Made by a program: the position numbers and the translations under genes. The notes under the pieces are model-generated. The model did not search any database. It was not told the origin of the DNA and saw only the letters and a list, made by a program, of their open reading frames with translations. A stretch of DNA of 64,000 bases from Vulcanisaeta sp. AZ3. GTDB taxonomy: Archaea > Thermoproteota > Thermoprotei > Thermoproteales > Thermocladiaceae. Location of the stretch: the NCBI GenBank assembly GCA_000960865.2, contig JZWU02000002.1, positions 32,656 through 96,655 on the forward strand, written 5' to 3'. Shown one piece after another: positions 41,311-50,562 of this stretch. The stretch's first letter is position 1. Every line of letters begins with the position of its first letter.

Positions 41311-42110
41311 GGTATGAATAACCTCCTGAAGAGCCTCTCGTACATCTTGTATTGACGAGTCCTAACAAACTTAATCCTCCTATCACCCGGCACTACCCTT
41401 ACCTCAACACCTCTCTGGGCTACAATGCCATCACAAAGTACATAAGCCACATCACTCGCTATCACCTTAATTGGAACATCAAAGGGATGAATAATTGGAA
41501 CAATTGCCCTAGAGAACGGCGCCAGAGGCACAATTAACTTAACACCTAGTCTATTATCAACCGCAGGTCCCCCAGCTGCTAGGGCGTAGGCTGTTGAACC
41601 TGTTGGCGTGGCTATTATTACGCCATCCATTCTGGCCCTCATTATCTCCTCACTGTCATCCTCAACTACTGTCACTGTTATTAAACGACCAGGATCAATG
41701 CCTTTAATTAAGACCTCGTTGAGTGCCGTGCATTCAAAGTTTGTACTAATAGCCTTAAGTGTAATTCTCTCCTCAATATTGTATTCACCTTTAGCAATTT
41801 TATCGAGCGCTTGAGGTATATCTCTGGCACTAACATCGCTTAGGTAGTTAACTCTACCAGTGCCTATGTGGAATATTGGTATGCTTGCTAAATTTTCAAG
41901 TTCGTGTATGAAGTTAAGTACTGTACCATCACCACCAAGTACCATGGCAATGTCGATACCTTGAGAACCATCCCACTTAGGCAAACCTAAGTTTTTTGAA
42001 TCCACATCTCTCGCCGCGTAGAACTCAATACCATCACCACTGAGCTTATTCACTATTAACTTTGCTAGGGCGTAATCCTCATACTTACCAATGTACATTA
42101 ATATCCTCAT
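41307..42110 (-). CDS. nadK: NAD(+) kinase
   Basis: LGGDGT, ALNE, DGVIIATPTGSTAYALAAGGP. Confidence 0.95.
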   Translation of the reverse strand: MRILMYIGKYEDYALAKLIVNKLSGDGIEFYAARDVDSKNLGLPKWDGSQGIDIAMVLGGDGTVLNFIHELENLASIPIFHIGTGRVNYLSDVSARDIPQALDKIAKGEYNIEERITLKAISTNFECTALNEVLIKGIDPGRLITVTVVEDDSEEIMRARMDGVIIATPTGSTAYALAAGGPAVDNRLGVKLIVPLAPFSRAIVPIIHPFDVPIKVIASDVAYVLCDGIVAQRGVEVRVVPGDRRIKFVRTRQYKMYERLFRRLFIP

Positions 42111-42218
42111 AACTCCCGATTGCGTTTAATACCTATTTTAATAAATAATTCTTAGAGAAAGGCCTCGAGGCCACTCTTACAGAAAACCTTTTATTAACTC
42201 TAGCGTAACTCGATCTGT

Positions 42219-42617
42219 ATGTCTACGAAACCAACAGAGGCAGGTTCTGTGAAGGAGGGTAGTTATTTGATGATTGATGGAGAACCATGCAAAATCGTGG
42301 AGGTTGAGAAGAGTAAGACTGGGAAGCATGGTAGTGCGAAGGTTAGGATTGTGGGTATGGGGGTCTTCGATAATGTTAAGAGAACTCTCATAGTACCCGC
42401 CGATGCACAGGTTGAGATTCCAATAATTGAGAAGTTCGTAGCTCAGGTGGTAGCTAAGGTGAGTGATTCTTGGCAGTTAATGGACCTTAGAAACTATACA
42501 ACCTTTGAAGTATCCTCAAATCAGATTGAGGAAGATGTTAGGTCTAAGATTGAACCTGGTATTGAGGTTGAGGTTTGGGATATTGCTGGGCGGAGGAAGA
42601 TAATTAGAGTTAGGTAG
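42219..42617 (+). CDS. eif5a: Translation factor aIF5A
   Basis: [10 protein letters not shown] hypusine motif. Confidence 0.98.
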   Translation: MSTKPTEAGSVKEGSYLMIDGEPCKIVEVEKSKTGKHGSAKVRIVGMGVFDNVKRTLIVPADAQVEIPIIEKFVAQVVAKVSDSWQLMDLRNYTTFEVSSNQIEEDVRSKIEPGIEVEVWDIAGRRKIIRVR

Positions 42618-42626
42618 GCTTTAAAA

Positions 42627-43190
42627 TCAACCAACGAACAACTTATATTGGTCAGCACCTTGTAATTCCCTCAATATTCTATCAATAATCAACTTCTCCG
42701 GGTCTATACCAATCCTCTTCTTAATATCCTCAAATGATTGGAAGGGCTTCTTCCTCCTCTCCTCGAGTAATTGCCAAAGAGTCTTTTTACCAATACCCCT
42801 AAGCAACTCTAGGCTATGCATCTTCAGGGTTATTGGGCCGGCCTTATTGAAGAAGTCTACGAATTTACTTTCCTGAGTCTTCACTATCTTAGTTATTACC
42901 TCGGGTAATGCTTTCTTTGCTTCATTCGTTAAATCATCATAGGCAACCCTACCAACTATCTTATTCACCTTATCCCTAACACCACTACCAATGTAGACCC
43001 TCTCACCCACATCCGCACTAACCTCAGGCTTAAGCGTCAACTCTAATAATGTGAAGAATTGCTCGCCAATTGCCTGCGCATAAGCCTCATTTCTGGGAAA
43101 GCCCCTTTTTATTAGTGATGGATTTCTAATAAGCATTTGCTCAGGCGGTATTACATCGAGTATGTAGGCATAATCCTCCCTCTTAACCAT
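42627..43190 (-). CDS. DUF655 putative RNA-binding protein
   Basis: AQAIGEQFFTLLE, FFNKAGPITLKMHSLELLRGIGKK, KPFQSFEDI. Confidence 0.9.
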   Translation of the reverse strand: MVKREDYAYILDVIPPEQMLIRNPSLIKRGFPRNEAYAQAIGEQFFTLLELTLKPEVSADVGERVYIGSGVRDKVNKIVGRVAYDDLTNEAKKALPEVITKIVKTQESKFVDFFNKAGPITLKMHSLELLRGIGKKTLWQLLEERRKKPFQSFEDIKKRIGIDPEKLIIDRILRELQGADQYKLFVG

Positions 43191-43202
43191 GAAGAAACAC
43201 CC

Positions 43203-43547
43203 TTAGGACTTCCTAGCACCTTTTAGTAAGTTAATCATCTCTTCAATATCATTATCACTGAATTCTCTCCTCTCAGTACTTAGTAACATTCTTAATTCAT
43301 CCACGGTCTGCGGCATTATATTAACTATTTGTATTGCAGTTAATCTAGTTAATCCAAACTTCTTCATAAGCTCCAAAACCAATTCCTTAGCCTTATCTGG
43401 ATCAACCTTAGAGAACTTTCTTAGATAATCCAGGGTATTGTTTATGAACTCATCATTAGTAACTCCACTACTAACTACCTTTTCCTCAATAATCCTGAGA
43501 GCCTCAGCCATAGAAATATCTTCAGAATTAATGATTCGCTTAACCAC
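43203..43547 (-). CDS. rpo4: RNA polymerase subunit Rpo4 (RpoF)
   Basis: TLDYLRKFSK...IVNIMPQTVDELR; adjacent to DUF655 and rpl21e. Confidence 0.9.
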   Translation of the reverse strand: MVKRIINSEDISMAEALRIIEEKVVSSGVTNDEFINNTLDYLRKFSKVDPDKAKELVLELMKKFGLTRLTAIQIVNIMPQTVDELRMLLSTERREFSDNDIEEMINLLKGARKS

Positions 43548-43630
43548 AACCTTACCCTCATTAAACCCTATTTAAGGTTTAAGCGTGAGGGAAGACTTAA
43601 ATAAGCATTGTAGCATTCATTAACGAACCT

Positions 43631-43939
43631 ATGCACAGAACACACGGCCTTAGGTACAAATCAAGGAAATTACTAACAAAAAAGCCGAGGGAGAAGGGAA
43701 GACCTGGAATCTCTAGATGGCTTCATGAATATGAGGTTGGCGATAAGGTAATAATTGACATAGACCCCACCTTCATAACCACCGCACCCCATAGAAGATA
43801 CCAAGGTAAGGTAGGTACGGTAATTGGAAAAAGAGGTAAGGCGTATGAGATTGAGATATACGTTGGAGATAAAAGGAAGGTAATCATAACAACCCCAGAT
43901 CACTTACAACCCCTCAACGCACAACCTCAGGCGCAATAG
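43631..43939 (+). CDS. rpl21e: 50S ribosomal protein L21e
   Basis: HGLRYKSRKLL, PHRRYQGKVGTV, PDHL. Confidence 0.96.
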   Translation: MHRTHGLRYKSRKLLTKKPREKGRPGISRWLHEYEVGDKVIIDIDPTFITTAPHRRYQGKVGTVIGKRGKAYEIEIYVGDKRKVIITTPDHLQPLNAQPQAQ

Positions 43940-43947
43940 TCGTTTAA

Positions 43948-45183
43948 TTAATCAATTATATTTAGTATATCAATTTCTATAGGCCTCGCCTCAACACCTA
44001 GCATCCCTGATATACTTGGCTCTACATCACCATATAACCCATGTATGAAACCCTTAACACTCAGATTCCCCTGACACCTAATTAAGAACTCCACAAGACC
44101 CTCCCCAATTACCCTACCATCCAACTCATAGACCAAACCAACCCTCCTCCTAACCCTACCACCAACCCTCAACCTCTGCACAACTTGCCTATTCCTAAAG
44201 TAATCACGCAGAGACCTCAGTGCTTCCTCGGACACCTGCCCATTAACCATCACCAACGCTCTATATGTAACTATGTAATCCCTAACCCTATCCTTCACTC
44301 TCCTAACGGTGAAAGCCCTAACTTCGCTTAAACCATTAAACACTACATCAAACCCATCGTTGCTTATCATCTTAATTACATCATTAATTGAAGGCCTCTT
44401 GCTCGGCCTAATTATCTGAAGGACCATGGGCCTTCCATTACCTAAAACCCTAACATTACCTGCCTCGTCACCACCACTATGTATTAGTATCCCCTGAGCC
44501 CCGAAAATCCTTATTATACTCTCTATTGGCCACTTAATACGCCTCTTACTAGTAACTCTGTGTATCTTCCTATACCTTGTAAATAGGTATATCGGCATTA
44601 ATTGAATATTAAGTGAGCCGGAGACTGTGTCAATAACGACCTCTAAATCAGGTTTCTCCCTACTGAAGGGTTTTCCAGTAATTGCAGAGACTCTCTTACC
44701 TAACTCCCTATTTAATTCACGCTTTATTGATTCAGCACTAGCTATATTGAATTCCGCTGATATTTCAAGCTCCCTCCTTAGCACATCGATAGGTATCTTA
44801 CTACCTAACCTAAAGGTATTGAATTCCACGTTCAATCTACTCAAGGCATCAGCTATACTCCTAGCCCACTCATCAAGCCTATTGAATATAGAACCACCAC
44901 AAACATAACAAGGCACTGGGTTCACCTCAATACCCATACCCTTCAGAAGCTTTATACTAGGCTCATGACCGCTCAATGCAAGAGCCTTCAAGTCATTAAT
45001 CAGATCCTCGCTAGCCTCACTGCTCATTATCCTCTCATGAATGCTCATTAATAGGTAATCCTTTATTGCCCTACCCCTCTCATCATTGCTAAGACCAACG
45101 CCAAGCCTTGCGAAAAGCCTACCAAGGCAATGATCACAGAGTGGGTACTTCCTAAGTATCTCCATGGCTTTCTCAATATTCAT
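43948..45183 (-). CDS. pus10: Pus10 tRNA pseudouridine synthase homologue with degenerate active site
   Basis: LCDHCLGRLFA...N.ERG, CYVC, ESIKRELNRELGK, RYRK, RVLGNGRP; GRED motif replaced by GDEA. Confidence 0.85.
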   Translation of the reverse strand: MNIEKAMEILRKYPLCDHCLGRLFARLGVGLSNDERGRAIKDYLLMSIHERIMSSEASEDLINDLKALALSGHEPSIKLLKGMGIEVNPVPCYVCGGSIFNRLDEWARSIADALSRLNVEFNTFRLGSKIPIDVLRRELEISAEFNIASAESIKRELNRELGKRVSAITGKPFSREKPDLEVVIDTVSGSLNIQLMPIYLFTRYRKIHRVTSKRRIKWPIESIIRIFGAQGILIHSGGDEAGNVRVLGNGRPMVLQIIRPSKRPSINDVIKMISNDGFDVVFNGLSEVRAFTVRRVKDRVRDYIVTYRALVMVNGQVSEEALRSLRDYFRNRQVVQRLRVGGRVRRRVGLVYELDGRVIGEGLVEFLIRCQGNLSVKGFIHGLYGDVEPSISGMLGVEARPIEIDILNIID

Positions 45184-45237
45184 ATCTCGTATTCACAGGG
45201 TGAGTATGTATTTAAATCATACAATATTAAAGCTAAT

Positions 45238-45795
45238 GTGGATACATATGTAATCGGCACCTTCATAAATAATTGCGAAATTAAGTGGAGGACTATTGAG
45301 GGTTTTGCAGAGGCTGTTGAGCATTTAAGGGTTATGACTAATGTTTATGTGGAGAATAACATCATAAGAGCGTCGCCAGAGGTCTGTGATGAAGTTAATA
45401 AATTCTTGCAAAAGCCATTACGATTACTGACGCTCTTAAATATAATTGATTGGATTTCATTAATAAGGGGTTTGTATGACTTCAACGGTGAGTTAATGGA
45501 TCCTGAGCCAAGTCTTGATATTCCTAACTTAGTCCTGAGTATTAGGGTGCCTAGTAAGGGGTTTGGTTTAGTTGTTAGAATAGTGCTTAAGATGCTTGGT
45601 ATAGATAGTAATATCTTTCCGAGCAATGATGGTGTTTATATTGTAATTCATAATAGAGACTCCATAGCTAGGTTCATAAATACAATAAAACCTTACCTAA
45701 ACCCGGAGGAGAACTTCGTGCTTAGGGATAAATGGGCTAAGCATTATGCAAATCATGGGAACCCGATAATATTAATCCCAACGCAGGAAGGCTAA
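45238..45795 (+). CDS. Free-standing degenerate LAGLIDADG-like protein
   Basis: LIRGLYDFNG ... LKMLGIDSNI ... YIVIHNRDSIARFINTI; likely GTG start at 45238 downstream of TTTAAA. Confidence 0.6.
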   Translation: MDTYVIGTFINNCEIKWRTIEGFAEAVEHLRVMTNVYVENNIIRASPEVCDEVNKFLQKPLRLLTLLNIIDWISLIRGLYDFNGELMDPEPSLDIPNLVLSIRVPSKGFGLVVRIVLKMLGIDSNIFPSNDGVYIVIHNRDSIARFINTIKPYLNPEENFVLRDKWAKHYANHGNPIILIPTQEG

Positions 45796-45882
45796 GTCAT
45801 CCTTATAGATGGTTGAAAATTATGGGATTACTTACGTAGAGATAAACGGAAGGATTTAATAGTAATACTCAATAAGTTATGG

Positions 45883-45938
45883 TAGTGATGAGTTGAACCC
45901 ACGCTAGATTGAATGATGAGGCCTAAACCGACTGAGGT
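45883..45938 (+). ncRNA. Box C/D sRNA targeting tRNA-Leu(UAG)
   Basis: C GTGATGA 45885-91, D' TAGA 45905-08, C' ATGATGA 45913-19, D CTGA 45932-35; guides complementary to 20091-20102 and 20065-20074. Confidence 0.88.
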
Positions 45939-45976
45939 CTAATTTAGGTTTATCTCTAGGGGTTAGGTAGTTGGTC

Positions 45977-46027
45977 TTGTGATGAGTGTTAGTGACTGAG
46001 GCTGATGAGGCGTGTGAGGGCTGAGTT
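45977..46027 (+). ncRNA. Second box C/D sRNA (tandem)
   Basis: C GTGATGA 45979-85, D' CTGA 45996-99, C' CTGATGA 46002-08, D CTGA 46021-24. Confidence 0.85.
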
Positions 46028-46087
46028 ATTAGTTAAAATAACTTTAATGCCTGGTTAATAAAGGCGCTTACTACTGATGCTCAAATA

Positions 46088-46705
46088 ATGAATGCTGTGA
46101 TTAAGCCTGAGATTGTTGTAACGATCAATGGAGAGATTATTAACTCCATACCTAGTTACAGCAATGAATATGTGCTAATGAACGTTAGGGATTTTGAAGC
46201 AATACTCGACAAAACAAACTTATCAATAGTCTTAGCAATAATGAGGGGCTCAACACATTTTGCTCAAATAATGAGAGAGACAGGACTTCAGAGGGGTAAA
46301 TTAGCTAGGCATCTTAGGAGACTTGTGGGTTCTGGTTGGATTGTGAGAAGTGGTAATGGGTATGCGCTTAGTGGTCGTATCTATGTGGTTTATGAAGTAC
46401 AGGGTGGTGACGATTCCATAGGCATTAAGCTCCTACTGAACAAGGGTGCCTTTATTGATCCTGTCCATGGACTTATCGTAATTAATGGAGAACCAATTCA
46501 GAACTACTGCTCTGCATGTCCCCTAAAGCAGGCTTGTATAAGTAATGTTAAATCGTTGGCGCGTAGGTATGGTGTGCCGTTGAGGGGTGCTGAACCTAGT
46601 GAGACGTATGCTGAATTATTTAGTGAGTTGGTTAGGAGGGATTTATTTAGGAAGTTAAGGGGTGGTTGGAGGATAATCATTAGTAATGGTAACTCTTCAT
46701 CCTAA
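46088..46705 (+). CDS. ArsR-like HTH regulator with a Cys cluster
   Basis: HFAQIMRETGLQRGKLARHLRRLV; CSACPLKQAC. Confidence 0.7.
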   Translation: MNAVIKPEIVVTINGEIINSIPSYSNEYVLMNVRDFEAILDKTNLSIVLAIMRGSTHFAQIMRETGLQRGKLARHLRRLVGSGWIVRSGNGYALSGRIYVVYEVQGGDDSIGIKLLLNKGAFIDPVHGLIVINGEPIQNYCSACPLKQACISNVKSLARRYGVPLRGAEPSETYAELFSELVRRDLFRKLRGGWRIIISNGNSSS

Positions 46706-46803
46706 ACATCAACATGTGCCTGCGATGTACTGTTCATAATGGGGTCCTTAGTAATTATTATGAGATATGTTTATATTTTACTGAAATTGAATATCAAATA
46801 ATA

Positions 46804-47175
46804 ATGCAAGATACAGCGGGGAAAATCAGTAAGGTGATTAAGGATTTTTTGAATAATACTGAGGTTATTGATGGAGTTTACGTATCCTCACTTGATGGGT
46901 TGCTTGTGGCCCATGCATCAAGAATTGATGTTGATCCTGATAAGGTTGCCGCGATGATTACATCAATAAGTGCGGTTGGTGATAGGGTTAGTAAGGAATT
47001 GCTTGATGAAGAGTCTACATATGTCATTGTTCAAGCACATACTGGTTATGTGATAGTTAGGAGGCAGGACAATCTAATTTTTAGTATCCTAGTTAGGGCA
47101 ATGGATGATGCAATAATGGGATTTGCACTGCTGGCATTTGAGAGACTGCTCGATACTATTAGAAATCTTAAGTAG
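46804..47175 (+). CDS. Roadblock/LC7 domain protein
   Basis: IDGVYVSSLDGLLVA...DKVAAMITSI; likely start 46804. Confidence 0.85.
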   Translation: MQDTAGKISKVIKDFLNNTEVIDGVYVSSLDGLLVAHASRIDVDPDKVAAMITSISAVGDRVSKELLDEESTYVIVQAHTGYVIVRRQDNLIFSILVRAMDDAIMGFALLAFERLLDTIRNLK

Positions 47176-47217
47176 GCTGTTAATACACCGCTCTTTGAAT
47201 CTTGGACTTTTGTAATG

Positions 47218-47270
47218 TATCATCTATGCGAGCCATCATCATTAATCAGCACTCGAGATCTAAATCACAA
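47218..47270 (-). ncRNA. Putative box C/D sRNA with degenerate outer boxes
   Basis: Minus strand: GTGATTT, AGATCTCGAGTG, CTGA, TTA, ATGATGA, TGGCTCGCATAG, ATGA; two 12-nt spacers. Confidence 0.5.
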
Positions 47271-47323
47271 ATATGCCTGCGATCTAGTGATAAAAAACTT
47301 TACTAATTGGGAGGTTTTGAATT

Positions 47324-47740
47324 TTGCTTGTGAAGGTTGTTACTAGGGAATTAACAATACATAGTAGGGAACGTAGGGAAGTAATAAATATATCGAGACA
47401 AGTCGAGAGTGTCGTAAATGAGTCTGGTGTGAGGAACGGTATTGTATTAGTGTTCTTACCTCATGCAACAGCAGGATTGTTTGCCAATGAGGATGAGCCG
47501 AGGATTAGGAGGGATTATGAGGAATTGTTTGAGAGATTAGTCCCTGTTAATGGGGATTATAGGCATAATGAGATTGATAATAATGCTGATGCTCACTTAT
47601 TAACTGCATTGTTTAAGCAATTCTACGTATTGCCTATAGTTAATGGTGAATTAGTTAGAGGTACTTGGCAGGAGGTTTTTCTTGCGGATTTCGATGGACC
47701 AAGGGTGAGGAGGGTTGTTGTTGTGATTATTGGTGAGTAG
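47324..47740 (+). CDS. YjbQ/UPF0047 family protein
   Basis: PHATAG..ANE, YRHNEIDNNADAH, GTWQEVFLADFDGPR. Confidence 0.92.
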   Translation: MLVKVVTRELTIHSRERREVINISRQVESVVNESGVRNGIVLVFLPHATAGLFANEDEPRIRRDYEELFERLVPVNGDYRHNEIDNNADAHLLTALFKQFYVLPIVNGELVRGTWQEVFLADFDGPRVRRVVVVIIGE

Positions 47741-47742
47741 AG

Positions 47743-48234
47743 CTAAACGCCCTTCTCAAAGCTAAAACCATACCTAGCCCTTAACTCCCTGTACCTATCC
47801 AGTGGTTCCGTATAGGCAATTAAGTGTTCAGCTACGTATATTGGTGCACCAACCCTCACAGCAATAGCTGTTGCATCACTGGGTCTTGCATCTAATTGAA
47901 AGGTTTCATTTGTCCTATTGTCTCTAACAAATATTGTCGCTAGGTAAACCCCATCAATCATTGCATCTATAGTAACTTTCTCCACAACTGCGCCTAACCT
48001 ATCTATAAATTCCACGAGTAAGTCATGAGTTAGTGGCCTATAGAATTGAACAAGGCCGAGGGCCTTCTTTATCGAGAAGGATGCTGTCATGTCTATCCTA
48101 ATGGGTAAAACTTTATCCTCCCATTCCTCAGTTGTGAATAGCATTAGTGCCGCACCCTCCTCAGGAACCTCAATTACATCAAGTAAATCAGCCTTTAAAT
48201 ACTTCGAACCTCCCGAACTCTCCTCTCTACCCAT
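47743..48234 (-). CDS. Bifunctional nuclease family protein (DUF151)
   Basis: LPIRI, RPLTHDL, DARPSDATAIAVR. Confidence 0.9.
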   Translation of the reverse strand: MGREESSGGSKYLKADLLDVIEVPEEGAALMLFTTEEWEDKVLPIRIDMTASFSIKKALGLVQFYRPLTHDLLVEFIDRLGAVVEKVTIDAMIDGVYLATIFVRDNRTNETFQLDARPSDATAIAVRVGAPIYVAEHLIAYTEPLDRYRELRARYGFSFEKGV

Positions 48235-48281
48235 TAGTATAATTAGAATTAGCCCCTTTATTTACTTATTTTTCTCAAAAA

Positions 48282-49568
48282 TTAAACACCAAAGCTTGAG
48301 AGAGAAATGTCACTCTCGCTCCATGTAGCCATGTCCCTAACCCTAACAACGCCTTGGGAAACCTCCTTGGGTCCTATGATTATGAAACGCTTAACATTAA
48401 TCTTTGACGTATACTCAAGGGCGCTCCTAAGACTCCTCTCCCCAGTATCTACAATGACCTTGTTACCCTCAGACCTTAATTTATTAGCTAATTTATATCC
48501 AAGAGCTACGTGACCCCTATCATTACTAATTATGTAAATGTAATAATCAATCTCGGGATAACCACGCTTAACTAAACTCCTTTGCTCCAAGACCTCAATA
48601 AGTCTCTCAATGCCTATGGCAAAGCCTGAGGCTGGTGTTGGCTTGCCGCTATATATTTCAATTAAATTATCATACCTACCCCCACCGCCTACGGCTAGTT
48701 TATAGCTTGGTATGTATATCTCGAAGACCATACCCGTGTAGTAATCCAGACCTCTCACAATACCCATGTCTAGGTCTAGGTAATTACGTATACCATACAC
48801 GTCCAAGTAATCGATTAACTCGCTATAATACTTAATAAAATCATCACCAACACCTAACTCCTTAAGCACATCCAAAACTCTATCAAAACTACCCGTAGTA
48901 CCTGCCAACCTAAGGACCTCCTGAGCCGCATCCCTACTAAGCCCTAGGTCGAGAAGCATCCTCATAAGCTCCTCCTCCGGAACCTTATCCCTCTTATCCA
49001 TAATCCTAAGAACACTAGCTCTAGATCCATTAGGTATACCCAACTTACTCAATAATTGATCCATAACTCTCCTATCATTAACCCTAACCCTGAAATCATC
49101 AACACCAAGAACCCTCAGGGACTCCACACTAACAGCTAAAACCTCAGCATCAGCCCTAACGCTGGAGGAACCAATCAATTCAATACCAAATTGATGAAAC
49201 TCCCTGTACCTACCATGCTGAGGCTCATCATAACGCCAAACCTTGGTTACGTAATACCACCTAATTGGCCTAGGTATGTCCACTCTATAAGAGACGACTC
49301 TAGCCACAGGAACGGTCATATCAAACCTAAGCCCAACCTCTCTATCAGCCTTATCCCTAAAGTAATAAATCTCCTTCATAATATCCTCACCAGCCTTAGC
49401 CTTTAGTACCTCAAAATACTCAAGTGCGGGTGTCTCAACCCTGAAGTAACCAAAGGACTCCGCAACTCTAGCCAATTTATCAAATACTTGAAGCATTGGG
49501 TAATACTCCTCTGGGGTTAGGTCTCTCATTCCACGTACAGGTCTTAGGTCTTTATCATCAAACACCAC
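48282..49568 (-). CDS. hisS: Histidine--tRNA ligase
   Basis: RGMRD, LRFDMTVP, RYDEPQHGRYREFHQ, VRGLDYYTG, GGGRYD, GIERL. Confidence 0.98.
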   Translation of the reverse strand: MVFDDKDLRPVRGMRDLTPEEYYPMLQVFDKLARVAESFGYFRVETPALEYFEVLKAKAGEDIMKEIYYFRDKADREVGLRFDMTVPVARVVSYRVDIPRPIRWYYVTKVWRYDEPQHGRYREFHQFGIELIGSSSVRADAEVLAVSVESLRVLGVDDFRVRVNDRRVMDQLLSKLGIPNGSRASVLRIMDKRDKVPEEELMRMLLDLGLSRDAAQEVLRLAGTTGSFDRVLDVLKELGVGDDFIKYYSELIDYLDVYGIRNYLDLDMGIVRGLDYYTGMVFEIYIPSYKLAVGGGGRYDNLIEIYSGKPTPASGFAIGIERLIEVLEQRSLVKRGYPEIDYYIYIISNDRGHVALGYKLANKLRSEGNKVIVDTGERSLRSALEYTSKINVKRFIIIGPKEVSQGVVRVRDMATWSESDISLSSFGV

Positions 49569-49605
49569 AGGCTATGATGTTTACTAAAAATAAAAATCTT
49601 CAGAC

Positions 49606-50367
49606 TCATACGAACCCGAGGAGAACCGTTAAGAGGCCTAGGTGGGTAATGATGTAAAGGAGGAGGCCTATTGTGATTGGCACTATCATGGGTATATGAT
49701 AATTAACTAGGATCGGTGTATTAACATTAACCTTACCCTGGGAAATCCACTCAACCAGTCTCTCCCTAGGATCCTCAACATCGAGACCAAGCTTAATCAA
49801 AGGTTCAAAACCATCAGTGGTTAATGTCTGGGATATTGAGTAATTATTTGGTTTTTTAATAATCTCACGTGCCGGCACGCACATGAGCATGGTCATATAT
49901 AATGCCCTACTCAACCCGTGCAATTTACTTAACGCCTCGCACTTATCCCCATACCTTAGGTTCTGAATTATGTTATAGGGTATGTAAATTATTATTGATA
50001 GGATTAGGGAGTTTATGAGTACTGATATTGACGTAATATTAACAATACTCAACGCAACACTTGGTAACGTGATTGGTGGTATTGAGGCTGATATAAACAT
50101 TATTGATTTGGAATCAGCACCGCCCATAGCTCTAAGCCAATATGCAAGTAAGCCTACAATTATGCCGAAAACCACGCTAATTATGTATATGAATACTTCA
50201 TCGAAGATGAAGGCTAAGTATATGCCCAGTGGTATGCATATTATCGATCCGATTATCCACGTCCAATCACTAATCTCCCTAGTCCTTACATCTTGTATTG
50301 AAGCGGCAGCTTGCGTGATTAATACTAATACATAATCAATAAGCATTAAGCCATTAACATCCACCAT
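49606..50367 (-). CDS. Prepilin/prearchaellin peptidase (A24, PibD/FlaK-like)
   Basis: ASIQDVRTREISD, MGGADSK, IPMIVPI. Confidence 0.88.
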   Translation of the reverse strand: MVDVNGLMLIDYVLVLITQAAASIQDVRTREISDWTWIIGSIICIPLGIYLAFIFDEVFIYIISVVFGIIVGLLAYWLRAMGGADSKSIMFISASIPPITLPSVALSIVNITSISVLINSLILSIIIYIPYNIIQNLRYGDKCEALSKLHGLSRALYMTMLMCVPAREIIKKPNNYSISQTLTTDGFEPLIKLGLDVEDPRERLVEWISQGKVNVNTPILVNYHIPMIVPITIGLLLYIITHLGLLTVLLGFV

Positions 50368-50562
50368 ACCAATACACTAATACGTCACTCAATGCTTAGT
50401 AATTAAGGATTAAGGGATAAATCACTGTTACATTACCATTAAGATTAATTTAACCTACACTGAAAAACAATGAAGAAATTACAAAGGCAATGTTTATCGA
50501 CACTTAATGCTGTAGATTGCGTGCGGTAATAAATTAAAAGCCCCTTACTAAATATAAAACTA

